Under the pieces are notes generated by a model, which was not told where the DNA came from, made no database searches, and saw only the letters and a list, made by a program, of their open reading frames with translations. A stretch of DNA of 63,164 nt, the filler included, from Chrysochromulina tobinii (Eukaryota), in assembly GCA_001275005.1 (NCBI GenBank). It is 6 parts of 6 records of this genome, joined end to end, with 100 filler letters (N's around TTAATTAATTAA, not from the genome) between each part and the next. Parts side by side here need not be neighbours in the genome. Positions count along the whole stretch, not along the records: positions 27,600 to 39,365 come from JWZX01001436.1; positions 39,466 to 56,262 come from JWZX01001437.1; 4 more parts are not named here. One strand, written 5' to 3'. Positions 32,544 to 42,900 of this stretch are shown here, piece after piece. A program made the position numbers and the translations under genes. The number at the start of each line of letters is the position of its first letter. The stretch's first letter is position 1.

Positions 32544-34640
32544 ATGGGCGCCGGCGGCTCCGCTGCTCGACAGCGACGGGATTCTGTCGTAGAGTTCCGA
32601 GATAGTGCCATCAAGCGCCCGTCGTTCAATCGATCGAAAGCCCAGGACGCAGATGCTCAACGCCATATTCGAGCTGGAGTAAAGCACGTTTTCAATACTG
32701 CCGAAGCAGATGACAAGTTGAACGCCGCCTTCTACCGAGTCGACAAGGACAAAAGCGGCTCCATCGATGTGCACGAGCTGCACTCGGCACTCGGGACTCT
32801 CGGTATTCAGCCCGATTCCTTCCAACATACCCTGCAAGTGATGCGCAAATTCAACAAGGATAAATCCGGTGGCCTGGAACTCAAAGAGTTCCGCTTGCTC
32901 GCGAGCTGGATGAAGGAGGAGAGGATTGCAGCCGAGGGTATCTTCAGAAGGTTTGACGAGAACGGTGACGAACGGATCGACGTCATGGAGCTCTGCGCCT
33001 GTCTGGCGCATCTTGAGCTGGCGGACAATCTTGATCAGGCAAAGGCGGTTATGGAAACCTTTAGCGTGGAGAAGAAGGCAACCGGCACGCTGTCCTTCGA
33101 CGAGTTTAACAAGGCTGTCGACCGATGCCGAGCCTTAAAGAGCCACCGCGAAACCTTTCGGTCGTACGACGCGAATCGCGACGGCACCATCGATGTAGCT
33201 GAGCTACTCACCATGCTCCTCGACCTTGGATTGGCCAACTCGGAAGCCCAGGCACGCGACGTGTTGCAGATCTTCGACATCGACGGCAATCGATCCCTCG
33301 ACGTCGCCGAGTTCATCAAATTGGCCGATTCACTTGCGATCTTCCACGAATTTGACAGGAACCAGGATGGCAAGCTCGACGTTCACGACTTGCACTACCT
33401 GCTGCAAAAACTCAAAATTGCGTCCGACTTTGAAACGACGAAGACCATACTGAAGCGGTGGGACAAGAATGGCAACGGCTGCCTGCAGTTCAATGAGTAT
33501 CTAATGTTGAACAAGGAGATCCAAAAGCTGACAAAGTATCTGCACATGCCCTTCTGCAACGGTACATGCGGCTGCCAGTGTAATCCTGCCAATGAGCGGC
33601 CTCAGGCTCAGGCTGCGGCACCTGCTCCGAGCGCTCCTGGTACGCCTCGGCAGTTGAACTCAAAAGCGCCCGCGCCATCAACGTCGGCACCTCAATCAAA
33701 AGCGTCCGCGCCAGGAGCGTCGGCACCTAATCGACCCTCTGGCCCGCCAGCCAAGCTGCCTGCACTGACTGCAACAGCGCCACCACCTTTGGCCACCACC
33801 ATCAATGCTGATGAGGTCTTTCGCAAATTCGACCGGGACGGCGACTCGTCCATCGACGTCTACGAGCTGCACGGTGCGCTCGAAGGTCTGGGCTTGCCAC
33901 CCTACAACTTCTTTCACGCCATCGAGACCATGCGAAGATACGACGACGATGGCGACGGGAAGCTCCAGCTCGACGGATTCCGCCAGCTTGCCGCTGAAGT
34001 ACTGCGTAAGCTGCAGGAGACGGACTCAAGCTTTGTGCAATGCGATGCCGACCGTGACGGCCGTATCAGCACGCGGGAGCTCGTCGGCTCGCTGGTAGCG
34101 TTAAACCTGCAGCAAAGTGCCTTCTTTGCGCCTGAGGTTCTCAGGCAGTTTAGCTGTGATGGCACGCTTCAGCTGCCAGAATACCGCAAGGTGGTCCACC
34201 GGTGCCGTGCATTAGACAAGCACGTCACGACCTTCCGCTTCTACGACAAGGACGGAAGCGGCGGCATCGATGCGGGCGAACTTCACGCGGCCCTGAACGA
34301 GCTCGGGCTTCTGACATCACTGGACCAGGCACGTGAGGTGCTGCTGCGCTTTGACTCGGATGAGAATGGGGTGCTCGACATGCGCGAGTTTTCAAGTCTG
34401 GTGGATACCATCTCTACTTTCCGTCAATTCGACAGGAATGGGGATGGCACCATGGACGTCCAGGAGCTGCACTACGCGCTGATCACGCTTCGAGTGCCGA
34501 TGGAAACCTTTCAGCAGACGAAGGAGATGCACCGCTACTATGACAAGGAAGGAAAGGGCGCGCTGTCTGTCAGCCAGTACCTCGAGCTCATATACGACTT
34601 GCAAAGAAATAGCAGACCTCCAGCGAATCAGGATGCGTGA
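32544..34640 (+). CDS. Multi-EF-hand Ca2+-binding protein (2 x 8 EF-hands), putative N-myristoylation
   Basis: Starts MGAGGS. Has 16 DxDxxGxI/L-type loops (two degenerate) in two halves, separated by CNGTCGCQC and a Pro/Ala linker. Confidence 0.92.
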   Translation: MGAGGSAARQRRDSVVEFRDSAIKRPSFNRSKAQDADAQRHIRAGVKHVFNTAEADDKLNAAFYRVDKDKSGSIDVHELHSALGTLGIQPDSFQHTLQVMRKFNKDKSGGLELKEFRLLASWMKEERIAAEGIFRRFDENGDERIDVMELCACLAHLELADNLDQAKAVMETFSVEKKATGTLSFDEFNKAVDRCRALKSHRETFRSYDANRDGTIDVAELLTMLLDLGLANSEAQARDVLQIFDIDGNRSLDVAEFIKLADSLAIFHEFDRNQDGKLDVHDLHYLLQKLKIASDFETTKTILKRWDKNGNGCLQFNEYLMLNKEIQKLTKYLHMPFCNGTCGCQCNPANERPQAQAAAPAPSAPGTPRQLNSKAPAPSTSAPQSKASAPGASAPNRPSGPPAKLPALTATAPPPLATTINADEVFRKFDRDGDSSIDVYELHGALEGLGLPPYNFFHAIETMRRYDDDGDGKLQLDGFRQLAAEVLRKLQETDSSFVQCDADRDGRISTRELVGSLVALNLQQSAFFAPEVLRQFSCDGTLQLPEYRKVVHRCRALDKHVTTFRFYDKDGSGGIDAGELHAALNELGLLTSLDQAREVLLRFDSDENGVLDMREFSSLVDTISTFRQFDRNGDGTMDVQELHYALITLRVPMETFQQTKEMHRYYDKEGKGALSVSQYLELIYDLQRNSRPPANQDA

Positions 34641-35535
34641 TGCCGAGAGTAGCTGGGGCTGGGGTGACGTGTGGGTGACCTTGAGCTTGTCGGTGATTCG
34701 GTACCAACACGGCAATGAGGGGGGCCATTCAGCTTGCGCATCCACTCATTACGCAGTACCTGACAGTAATGAAGGGACCCCCTGGTGTGTGGTGGGGGAA
34801 TTTCAAGGTGGTGGCTGGTGCCGTCGTCTTCGTATCACGTATGCTGTGGGTGTGAGTTAGGTGACATGTTGAGATGTCTGCTGACCGGACCGTTCTTGCT
34901 TTGTCGATATCTGCTCTTTGCCTGTTGCGTCGCGTGTGTGGCGGTGTGGGTGAGACTGTCTTTCTTGCTTGCAGGAGGCTGTGGGTGACGGTCAGCGCAC
35001 TCGCCGTACACTCGCCGCCGATCGGATCCTAAGCGCAAGGGGGCGCGGGCGGCGGCAGTGCGCCCGGTGGGCCGCAGCGAGCGGAGAGCGGCCAGTGCGC
35101 GGGGCCGGGGCGGGTGCGACCGCCGCCGCGCGCGCGGAGACGCGGAATAGGTGGGATCCCTATTCTAAGTGTGTCAAACACTGTCCATGAATGACTTTAA
35201 ACGAAATGGTAAGAAACTACGATGTGCATGCGGTGACATGCAATGCCCAAGAGCCTGCACGGCGAGAGACTCGAGTGTCGAGACAGTCACAGCCTCGCCT
35301 GAGAGAAGACCCAGGTGGCCGTGTGGCGCTGTGGCCGACGGAGCCGGTTGGTCTTCGCTTCCGACTTCCCTTCACTGTCCCCCGTCAGTCTCCGACACGA
35401 CTCATGGCAACTCAAGGGTCAGGTGTGAGTGTGAAGAAGAGGGGGCCGCCAAAGATGTTCGCTCGCACCGAGTGCTTGGTGCCAGAGAGGTGCATCTATT
35501 CAGCGCATCTATGGACAGAATCTATGCGCTGAAGC

Positions 35536-37240
35536 TTAGGTGCGAAGCGGGGGGTCTGCGGAGACATGCCGTTGACCAAAGGCTGCCGCTCGCCTGTGCG
35601 CCAAGGGACAGAAGGGACAGAGGTGGTCGAGGCGGGCACCGCTCAGTTGATGGAGGAGCGCCGAGGCGAGGTGGCTGTGATCTCGCCGCGATCTCGCGCG
35701 CCCAGGCAAGGCGAGCATGGGCGGCGTGGCGACTGTGGCCAGCGCGAGCGCACCTGCGTGGGGTGACCGATCACCGGCAATCTGGCCCGGGATCGGTCGG
35801 GAGAGGTCGTGTTCCATGCTAATGCTGGTCACGCAGCAACTGCACGCCCAGCGGGTCCAGCGCGAGAAGAAGAAGGTGCAGTCGATCAGCGTGCTCGCGC
35901 AATGATCCATGTTCGAGTTGGCGAGCTGCACGTCGTACCCGATCCTGTCGGAACGCCCCTTGATCGCCAGCTCCAAGTGGATCCTCGTCTGCAGCGCGGG
36001 TGGAATGGGGAGTTCCCCGGTCCCAGTCCAGAGCAGGAGCTGCGAGTGGGGTCGCGAGTCCAGCAGGCGGTCAGAGCACCGCGAGGTCATCTTGCACTCA
36101 GATGCACATTCCACTCAGATGCACTCAGATGCACTCAGATGCACTCAGAGGCACTCAGAGGCACTCAGAGGCACTCAGAGGCACTCAGAGGCACTCAGAG
36201 GCACTCAGAGGCACTCAGAGGCACTCAGAGGCACTCAGAGGCACATTCCACATGCACTCAAGATGGACTCAGATGAGCTCACTACAGCGCTCACCTGCGA
36301 GTCGGGTAAAGCGTCGAGAAGACGATCGAGCACGGCGATCTGACGCTCGGCGAAGCGCACCGACGCCGCAAAAACAACCGAGTTGCCCGGGAGGCTATAT
36401 TCCTTGCACACCTGTGTACGAGAGCCATCGGTCGGGGGTGAGTGCCAGGTCGGACCCTCAGATGGCACTCGGATGGTACTCAGATGACACTCAGATAGCC
36501 ATCAGATGCCTGGGGTGAGTGCCATCTCGGTCAAGGATCACCGATGGGGAGAGGATTGGCAATCTTTCTTTGGGAAGGCTCTTCCGCACCTTGAGCATCT
36601 CGGCGATGTCGGCCTCGGTGTACACTTGCTCAGGCCCGATCGGGCCGACGCTCCAACCGAGCGAGAGCACGGCGTGCGGGCACAGCCGGCGGCAGAGCGG
36701 GATGAAGGCATGCGAGGGCACCGCGGGCGCAAAACGCCTGTTCGGCCCCGGTAGGATGTCGGCGTTTAGCCAGACCGCCTGCCCGTTGGCGTGCAGCTGC
36801 GCCCATCGCTCGGAAAGCAGCTCTAGGCATGGCTCGACGGCGGCGAGCTGCTTGAAGTCGAGCTTCAGGTGTCGCGTGCCATCCGACACGCAGCGCTCGA
36901 GGAACTCGAGAAAACTCAGGTCGGTGTCAGGCACCGCTGCACTGAAGGGTGACGGGTGTGCCATGATGGGCAGGCTACCCGGTCGATCTCCCAGCTTACG
37001 CAGGAGCTGGGCCTGCTCCTCCGTGGCGACCATGATGTCGGCTTCGATCGCGGTGATGTCAGGATTTGCAAGCGCGCGCTCCAGTTTGGAAATCGAGCAA
37101 CAAGAGTGCTCCCAATGCTGCTGCGCACGCGGTCGCGGCGTGTATGGAGGTCCGCAATCGTGTGCCAACGCCAACCCGAGAGAGGCGTGAGACAAACCTC
37201 TCTCGCTTGCCGGCGAGCCCGCATCCGATGATTTGCACAT
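35536..37240 (-). CDS. FAM151/menorin-like (DUF2181) protein; exons 37240-36590, 36411-36295, 36039-35536
   Basis: IEADI, PIMAHP, LKLDFK, WLNADILPGP, LSLGW, YT...I..M, LLLWTG. The C-terminal end is uncertain. Confidence 0.85.
36040..36294 (-). other. GT-AG intron (255 nt) with (CTCTGAGTGC)n repeats
   Basis: CAG|GTGAGC donor; removal gives ALPDSQ|LLLWTG. Confidence 0.85.
36412..36589 (-). other. GT-AG intron (178 nt) with degenerate ATCTGAGTG repeats
   Basis: AAG|GTGCGG...ACACAG|GTG; removal gives EMLK|VCKEY. Confidence 0.8.
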
Positions 37241-37398
37241 GGCAAAGTCCGCTGTCAGGAGAGCCACCTTCGCCGCCGGCCTCTTCGTGACGGGAGCGGC
37301 GGCGCAACTCGTGGCGCCGCTGTGAACGCCTGCGCGTTCGGTTCGTCAAGCGCCTCGGACCCGATGCCGGTTTTCTTCGGTGCTATCGGATAGTGCGC

Positions 37399-37530
37399 AA
37401 CCCGGACTTTGGAAACGTACAGGTGCGTAACCCGGACTTACATTGTACCGGTAGCCGGGGTGCCTAACCCGGACTTCGAGGTGTGAAGTCCGGGTTAGGC
37501 AACTTTACCGTTTATCTAAATCCGGGTTCA
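37399..37530. repeat. Cluster of AACCCGGACTT motifs with a perfect 17-bp inverted repeat
   Basis: TGCCTAACCCGGACTTC (37461-37477) pairs with GAAGTCCGGGTTAGGCA (37485-37501). Confidence 0.85.
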
Positions 37531-37965
37531 CCTTTAGACCTTTTCCTGATGCCCACTGTGAGAAGGTCGGTTTCGTTGCGGTCCCCCCGCGCTCCCGTCT
37601 CAGCGGACGGCTCCGCAGCCATTGCATTGGTTGTTTTCGCAAAGCCACTCCACTGATAAGCATAAGGGTGAAGCCTTTGTTATCCTGAAGAGCATCTCGA
37701 GACTACGTGAACTCATGAAGCCCGAATAATTGTCAAACTCATCAGATAATGTTCATAATTGGAAAGTATGAGACGCTTCGACATCCAAATACGGAAAACG
37801 TCATAGGTACCGGTACCAATACAGCACCGAGCCGCGCCGGTCGCAGACGAAAGCATCGAGCGGATATCTCTCGCGTTTCTGTCTTGTCTCTTGATTTTCA
37901 ACGTGCACGCGGTTGCAGACTGAGGAATACTTCGGCTCCGCTTGGCTCCACATCCCCTCGACGTA

Positions 37966-39365
37966 ATGGGCGCCGGCGGCTCCGCTGCTCGACAACGACG
38001 GGGTTCTGTCGTAGAGTTCCGAGATCGTGCCACCAAGCGCCCATTCAATCGATCGAAAGCCCAGGACGCAGATGCTCAACGCCATATTCAAGCTGGAGTA
38101 AAGCACGTTTTCAATACTGCCGAAGCAGATGACAATACTGCCGCCTTCTACCGAATCGACAAGGACAAAAGCGGCTCCATCGACGTGCACGAGCTGCACT
38201 CGGCACTCGGGACTCTCGGTATTCAGCCCGACTCCTTCCAACATACCCTGCAAGTGATGCGCAAATTCGACAAGGATAAATCCGGTGGCCTGGACCTCAA
38301 CGAGTTCCGCTTGCTCGCGAGCTGGATGAAGGAGGAGAGGATTGCAGCCGAGGGTATCTTCAGAAGGTTTGATAAGAAAGAGGTGACGAACGGATTGACG
38401 TCATGGAGCTCTGCGCCTGTCTGGTGCATCTTGAGCTGGCGGACAATCTTGATCAGGCAAAGGCGGTTATGGAAACCTTTAGCGTGGAGAAGAAGGCAAC
38501 CGGCACGCTGTCCTTCGACGAGTTTAACAAGGCTGTCGACCGATGCCGTGCCTTAAAGAGCCACCGCGAAACCTTTCAGTCGTACGACGCGAATCGCGAT
38601 GGCACCATCGACGTAGCTGAGCTACTCACCATGCTCCTCGACCTTGGTTTGGCCAACACGGAGGCCCAGGCACGCGACGTGTTGCAGATCTTCGACATCG
38701 ACGGCGATCGATCCCTCGACATTGCCGAGTTCATCAAATTGGCCGATTCACTTGCGATCTTCCACGAATTTGACAGGAACCAGGATGGCAAGCTCGGCGT
38801 TCACGATTTGCACTACCTGCTGCAAAAACTCAAGATTGCGTCCGACTTTGAAATGACGAAGACCATACTGAAGCGGTGGGGCAAGAATGGCAACGGCTGC
38901 CTGCAGTTCAACGAGTATCTCATGTTGAACAAGGAGATCCAGGAGCTAACAAAGTATCTGCACATGCCCTTCTGCAACGGTACATGCGGCTGCCAGTGTA
39001 ATCCTGCCAATGAGCGGCCTCAGGCTCAGGCTGCGGCACCAGCTCCGAGCGCTCCTGGTACACCTCGGCAGTTGAACTCAAAAGCGCCCGCGCCATCACC
39101 GCTGGCACCTCAATCAAAAGCGTCCGCGCCAGGTGCAGCGTCGGCACCTAATCGACCCTCTGGCCCGCCAGCCAAGCTGCCTGCACTGACTGCAACAGCG
39201 CCACCACCTTTGGCCACCACCATCAATGCTGATGAGGTCTTTCGCAAATTCGACCGGGACGGCGACTCGTCCATCGACGTCTACGAGCTGCACGGTGCGC
39301 TCGAAGGTCTGGGCTTGCCACCCTACAACTTCTTTCACGCCATCGAGACCATGCGAAGATACGAC
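37966..39365 (+). pseudogene. Frameshifted duplicate of the EF-hand gene, truncated by contig end
   Basis: Near-identical to 32544 onward. Net +2 insertion near 38375; D to G changes in EF loops (KLGVHD, WGKNG). Confidence 0.85.
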
Positions 39366-39465
39366 NNNNNNNNNNNNNNNNNNNNNNNNNNNNNNNNNNN
39401 NNNNNNNNNTTAATTAATTAANNNNNNNNNNNNNNNNNNNNNNNNNNNNNNNNNNNNNNNNNNNN
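39366..39465. other. Artificial contig linker
   Basis: N44-TTAATTAATTAA-N44. Confidence 0.99.
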
Positions 39466-39736
39466 TACATGCCCATCACTTGGGGAGGTACGCTGAACCC
39501 TCGGGTGCGTGCGTGTATAGGTATGGTCCGGTCACCAAAAGCAAACTTTTCTACCCTGACAAGTTTGCTCGAGGCGGACGCAACGTCCTGCGATCTCCTG
39601 GAATTATAAACGACACCAAACGGCAAGAGGGGGGGAGGGGAGTGTTTTGAGATTGAACAGGAGTTTCTGAAAGCTGAGGCAGTGCGCTGAGCTCAGCCAC
39701 AGCAACCAACAGAGCCGCTGCGTCAACCAGCCGCAC

Positions 39737-39942
39737 TATCACGGGGCATGTGTGTGCTCAGTGCGCCAAATCGTCCTATACGGGAGTACTTGTTAGTTTA
39801 GTCAGATTTAGCCAGTAACCACTGTGGGGAATTCCCAGTGGGAAATTAGTGGGTACGTAGACACTTGTGTTTTGTGGTTGGGTGGAGCCATGGTGTCTCT
39901 CATTCTCTTTCTCGCCTCGTTTGGCCCTGCGTCCACGAGATA
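39737..39942 (+). repeat. 5' LTR (TATC...GATA)
   Basis: No differences seen versus the 3' LTR by eye. Confidence 0.95.
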
Positions 39943-42900
39943 TGGCTTCCCTTCCGGGAATTCTTCGGCGGCGCCTGTTGACGTTTTCGCCACTATCACC
40001 CCCGTCTCCAGTGAAGATGTGGTTTTCCCCCCGCCCCACTGTGCGGATCTGTGGAATTTGTCGACCCCTAATGCGGAGGAGACCCAGTCTTCTTTTTCGC
40101 TCGGCTTTGTTGACCCCCAATGCGGCATGTTTGCCTCGCGAGGGTTTCCGCCGCACCATGCGATGCCGGACTGTCGCTGCCGTCTCGACGGCGTGTCGGG
40201 CTGGCTTCCTCGTCAGCGCCACTTCGCCGCTGGGCCACATTCGCCCGCTGAAGCCGCCGTGGTACTTACGTCTTCGAGCTGCGGCCACGGCCTTGCCGCC
40301 ACGCTCCACTGGTTCGAGCGTGCAGGCCAGCCCGTCCAAGATCCCAGCTTGGCGGCATGCCGGCGCGTCTTCCTCGAGATCACCGTGTACCTGGCTATGC
40401 ACCCACACCGCGTATATGATGTGGGCGTCATGTTTATGCTTCTGGCCTGGTTTATGATCCAGCCCCGTGCATGGGCCCGGTTGGTGCTCCTCATTTCGCT
40501 TGGTACCCTGAGTGCTGCCACCCACCTCTTCAACCTCGTGCTCCAGTCTTGTTTGCACGATGGGCGTGAGCGTGGGAGCGCCCGTACTGGTCGAGGACGA
40601 TGGGTTGATCACAACCACGCCCTGGGCATGCAGGGTGCTTCGGGCGCATGGGCCATCTGGCGCATGGCCGTCGTCACCACCTTCCTCCCGTTGGCCTTAC
40701 TCCTCCTAGCCCCACTTGTGGCTGCTAACTATGTCATCGCCACTCTAATCAGGCTGGCCCGCTTGTCGCTTGCCTGGTTACCCGCCTTGTCACTAGCCGG
40801 TGTACTCGTCCTCCTCATGGTTGCCTACTATGTTGCCACCACGCTCGCCGCGTTGATTGTTGACATGGTACTGTTCACATTCTTGGTCACTCAGATCGTT
40901 GGCTTCATCGCCCTGGCCAGTGTTGACTCGGTCACGACGCCCCTGATCTGGTTTCTGATCGAATGCGTCACTCTCGCTGGTACCATCACGATCGCCACCA
41001 CCCGTCGCTTGGCCACCACCCTGGCGTGCCTGGCCAGCGCTTTCGACCACTGGAATGCCCTTCGTGACCCAGCCATCGCCGAGCTCGCGGGCGCCCTGCA
41101 TCGCGGGTGGGTCGGTAAGAAGCGCCGCCCCACCCGTGATAATCGCCACGACATTCGGCGGGCGCTGCGTGATCTCACGGCTCCCGCTCGGCTCGACAAA
41201 CTGGTGCAAACCCATCGCTACGTGATGATGGTATTCGGCGATGGTGATCCTTCGGTGCCTCACCGTCGCCAGGTCGCTTCCGTGTACGCGCGCGTCGCCC
41301 TCATCGTGCTGACGATCATTACCGCCCGCGCCTGTCGTTTTGGCTCGCGGGCGATCAAGCGCACCGAGGGCTTCACGCTCAACGTCGGGCTAGCCATCAC
41401 GGTTAGGCTCCTTCGCACTCGCGACTGCCTGGTTGCCCACGCCTGCTTTATGTCTGGACGCTCGGGCATAGCCCGGCGCGCCCTCGACTCCCTGCTCGTC
41501 GCTACCTACCTGCGTTTTCGCTCCCCAATGGCGGTGATGATGCCACGTATGAGACCCTTATGGATCTTGGCCATGCTCCCCCTCGTGAGCTCCGCCGGTG
41601 ACGAGAATAAGCGCGTGCCGAGCTTCAGTGGTGAGCGCATCGATTTCACGGCGTGGTTCATGCTCTTCTCGGCCTACGTCGCCTATAAGCTCGTCTCCGC
41701 CGCGCCCCTCATCGCTGGCACCAGGCCGAGGCCTCCTGCTGCGCCATCGCCCACGATGGGACGGGTGGCGCCGGAGCCTCCCGCTCCTCCTGCGCCCATC
41801 CTCGCGACCGATGGTAGCACCACTAACCAGACTGAGATTGACGCCGCCAACGCCGCCCGTCTAGCCTGGATGAACACCGCCCAGGTCGTCCTTAACGCCG
41901 CGGAGATCAAGGAAGCGAACGACGCACGTGAGAAGTGGGCGAACGACAACACCCAGCTCTACGGTCTCCTCGTCCAGGCCATGCCGGCGTGGTTGGTCAC
42001 GTCCCTCTACAACTCGCACCTCAATGACGGCGTCGCTGCGATCGAGTACTTGCGTAAGGCGTTCGATGCCAACTCGGGTGACGGCGGAGACCATGCCGCC
42101 CACTTAGCGAGATTGCAGTCCCGCACGATCGACGCACGCAGCGATATCTCGGAGGCTGATCTCCGCCGTCAATTCGACATGATGATGTCGGAGTCGGCCG
42201 CTATCCAGCGCACAGGCAACTCCCCACCGTCCGAGGCCACGATGATTGCGTTCTATGATAACGCACTGCCCATTGCCTATACCACCATGCGCCAGCACGC
42301 ACGACGGGCTAGACATACGACGTTGCTCGCGCACCATATGGACATCATGAGCCAGGTGCGCGCTGAGGCCAACTCTCGTGCGCCTGCTCCTAACGCCTTC
42401 GCTGCCTCCATCGCGCCGGCCGGCGCGACGCCACTTAAGCCGGCTACCAACGCTGACGCTGACAAAACTTGCCTTCGCTGCGGCCGCCTTGGCCACACTC
42501 GTCGAACCTGCAGACAGGCAAAGGCGCCCTGTACGCACTGCGGTGCCGATCATCTCCCGGACTTCTGCCCTAAGGGCACGGGTGGGCGCCGCCGTGAGCT
42601 CTCTGATGTGCTACGTGGCGTTCTCGATCGTGACGTGCAGCGCGGCTCAGGCCCCGCCGCGAAGCATGGGCGGAAGCCCCCGACTTATGCGGCTGCGGCC
42701 GCCCAGGCCTCAGCCCCGGCCCCGGCCTCGGCTTCCCCGCCTACACCGTCACCGCCAGCTGCCGCGCCGTCGATTGCGCCGACCGCGCCAGCCGTGCCAT
42801 GGCAACAGCCCACGCCAACTGCCCACGCTGCCGCTGCTCAGGCCGCCTCTATCCAGGCTGATGCGCAGTCCGCCGCCAACGCATACGCCGCCGCCCTTCG

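Noticed and set aside
36412..36589. Exon duplication at the donor of this intron
   Set aside because: The similarity (GTGCGGAAGAGCCTTCC vs GTGTGCAAGGAATATAGCCTCCC) is too weak, so it was not counted as a duplication case.
7290..38400. Programmed frameshifting at 7303, 20096, 28900 and 38375
   Set aside because: No shared slippery motif; decay of duplicates or assembly errors explain them.
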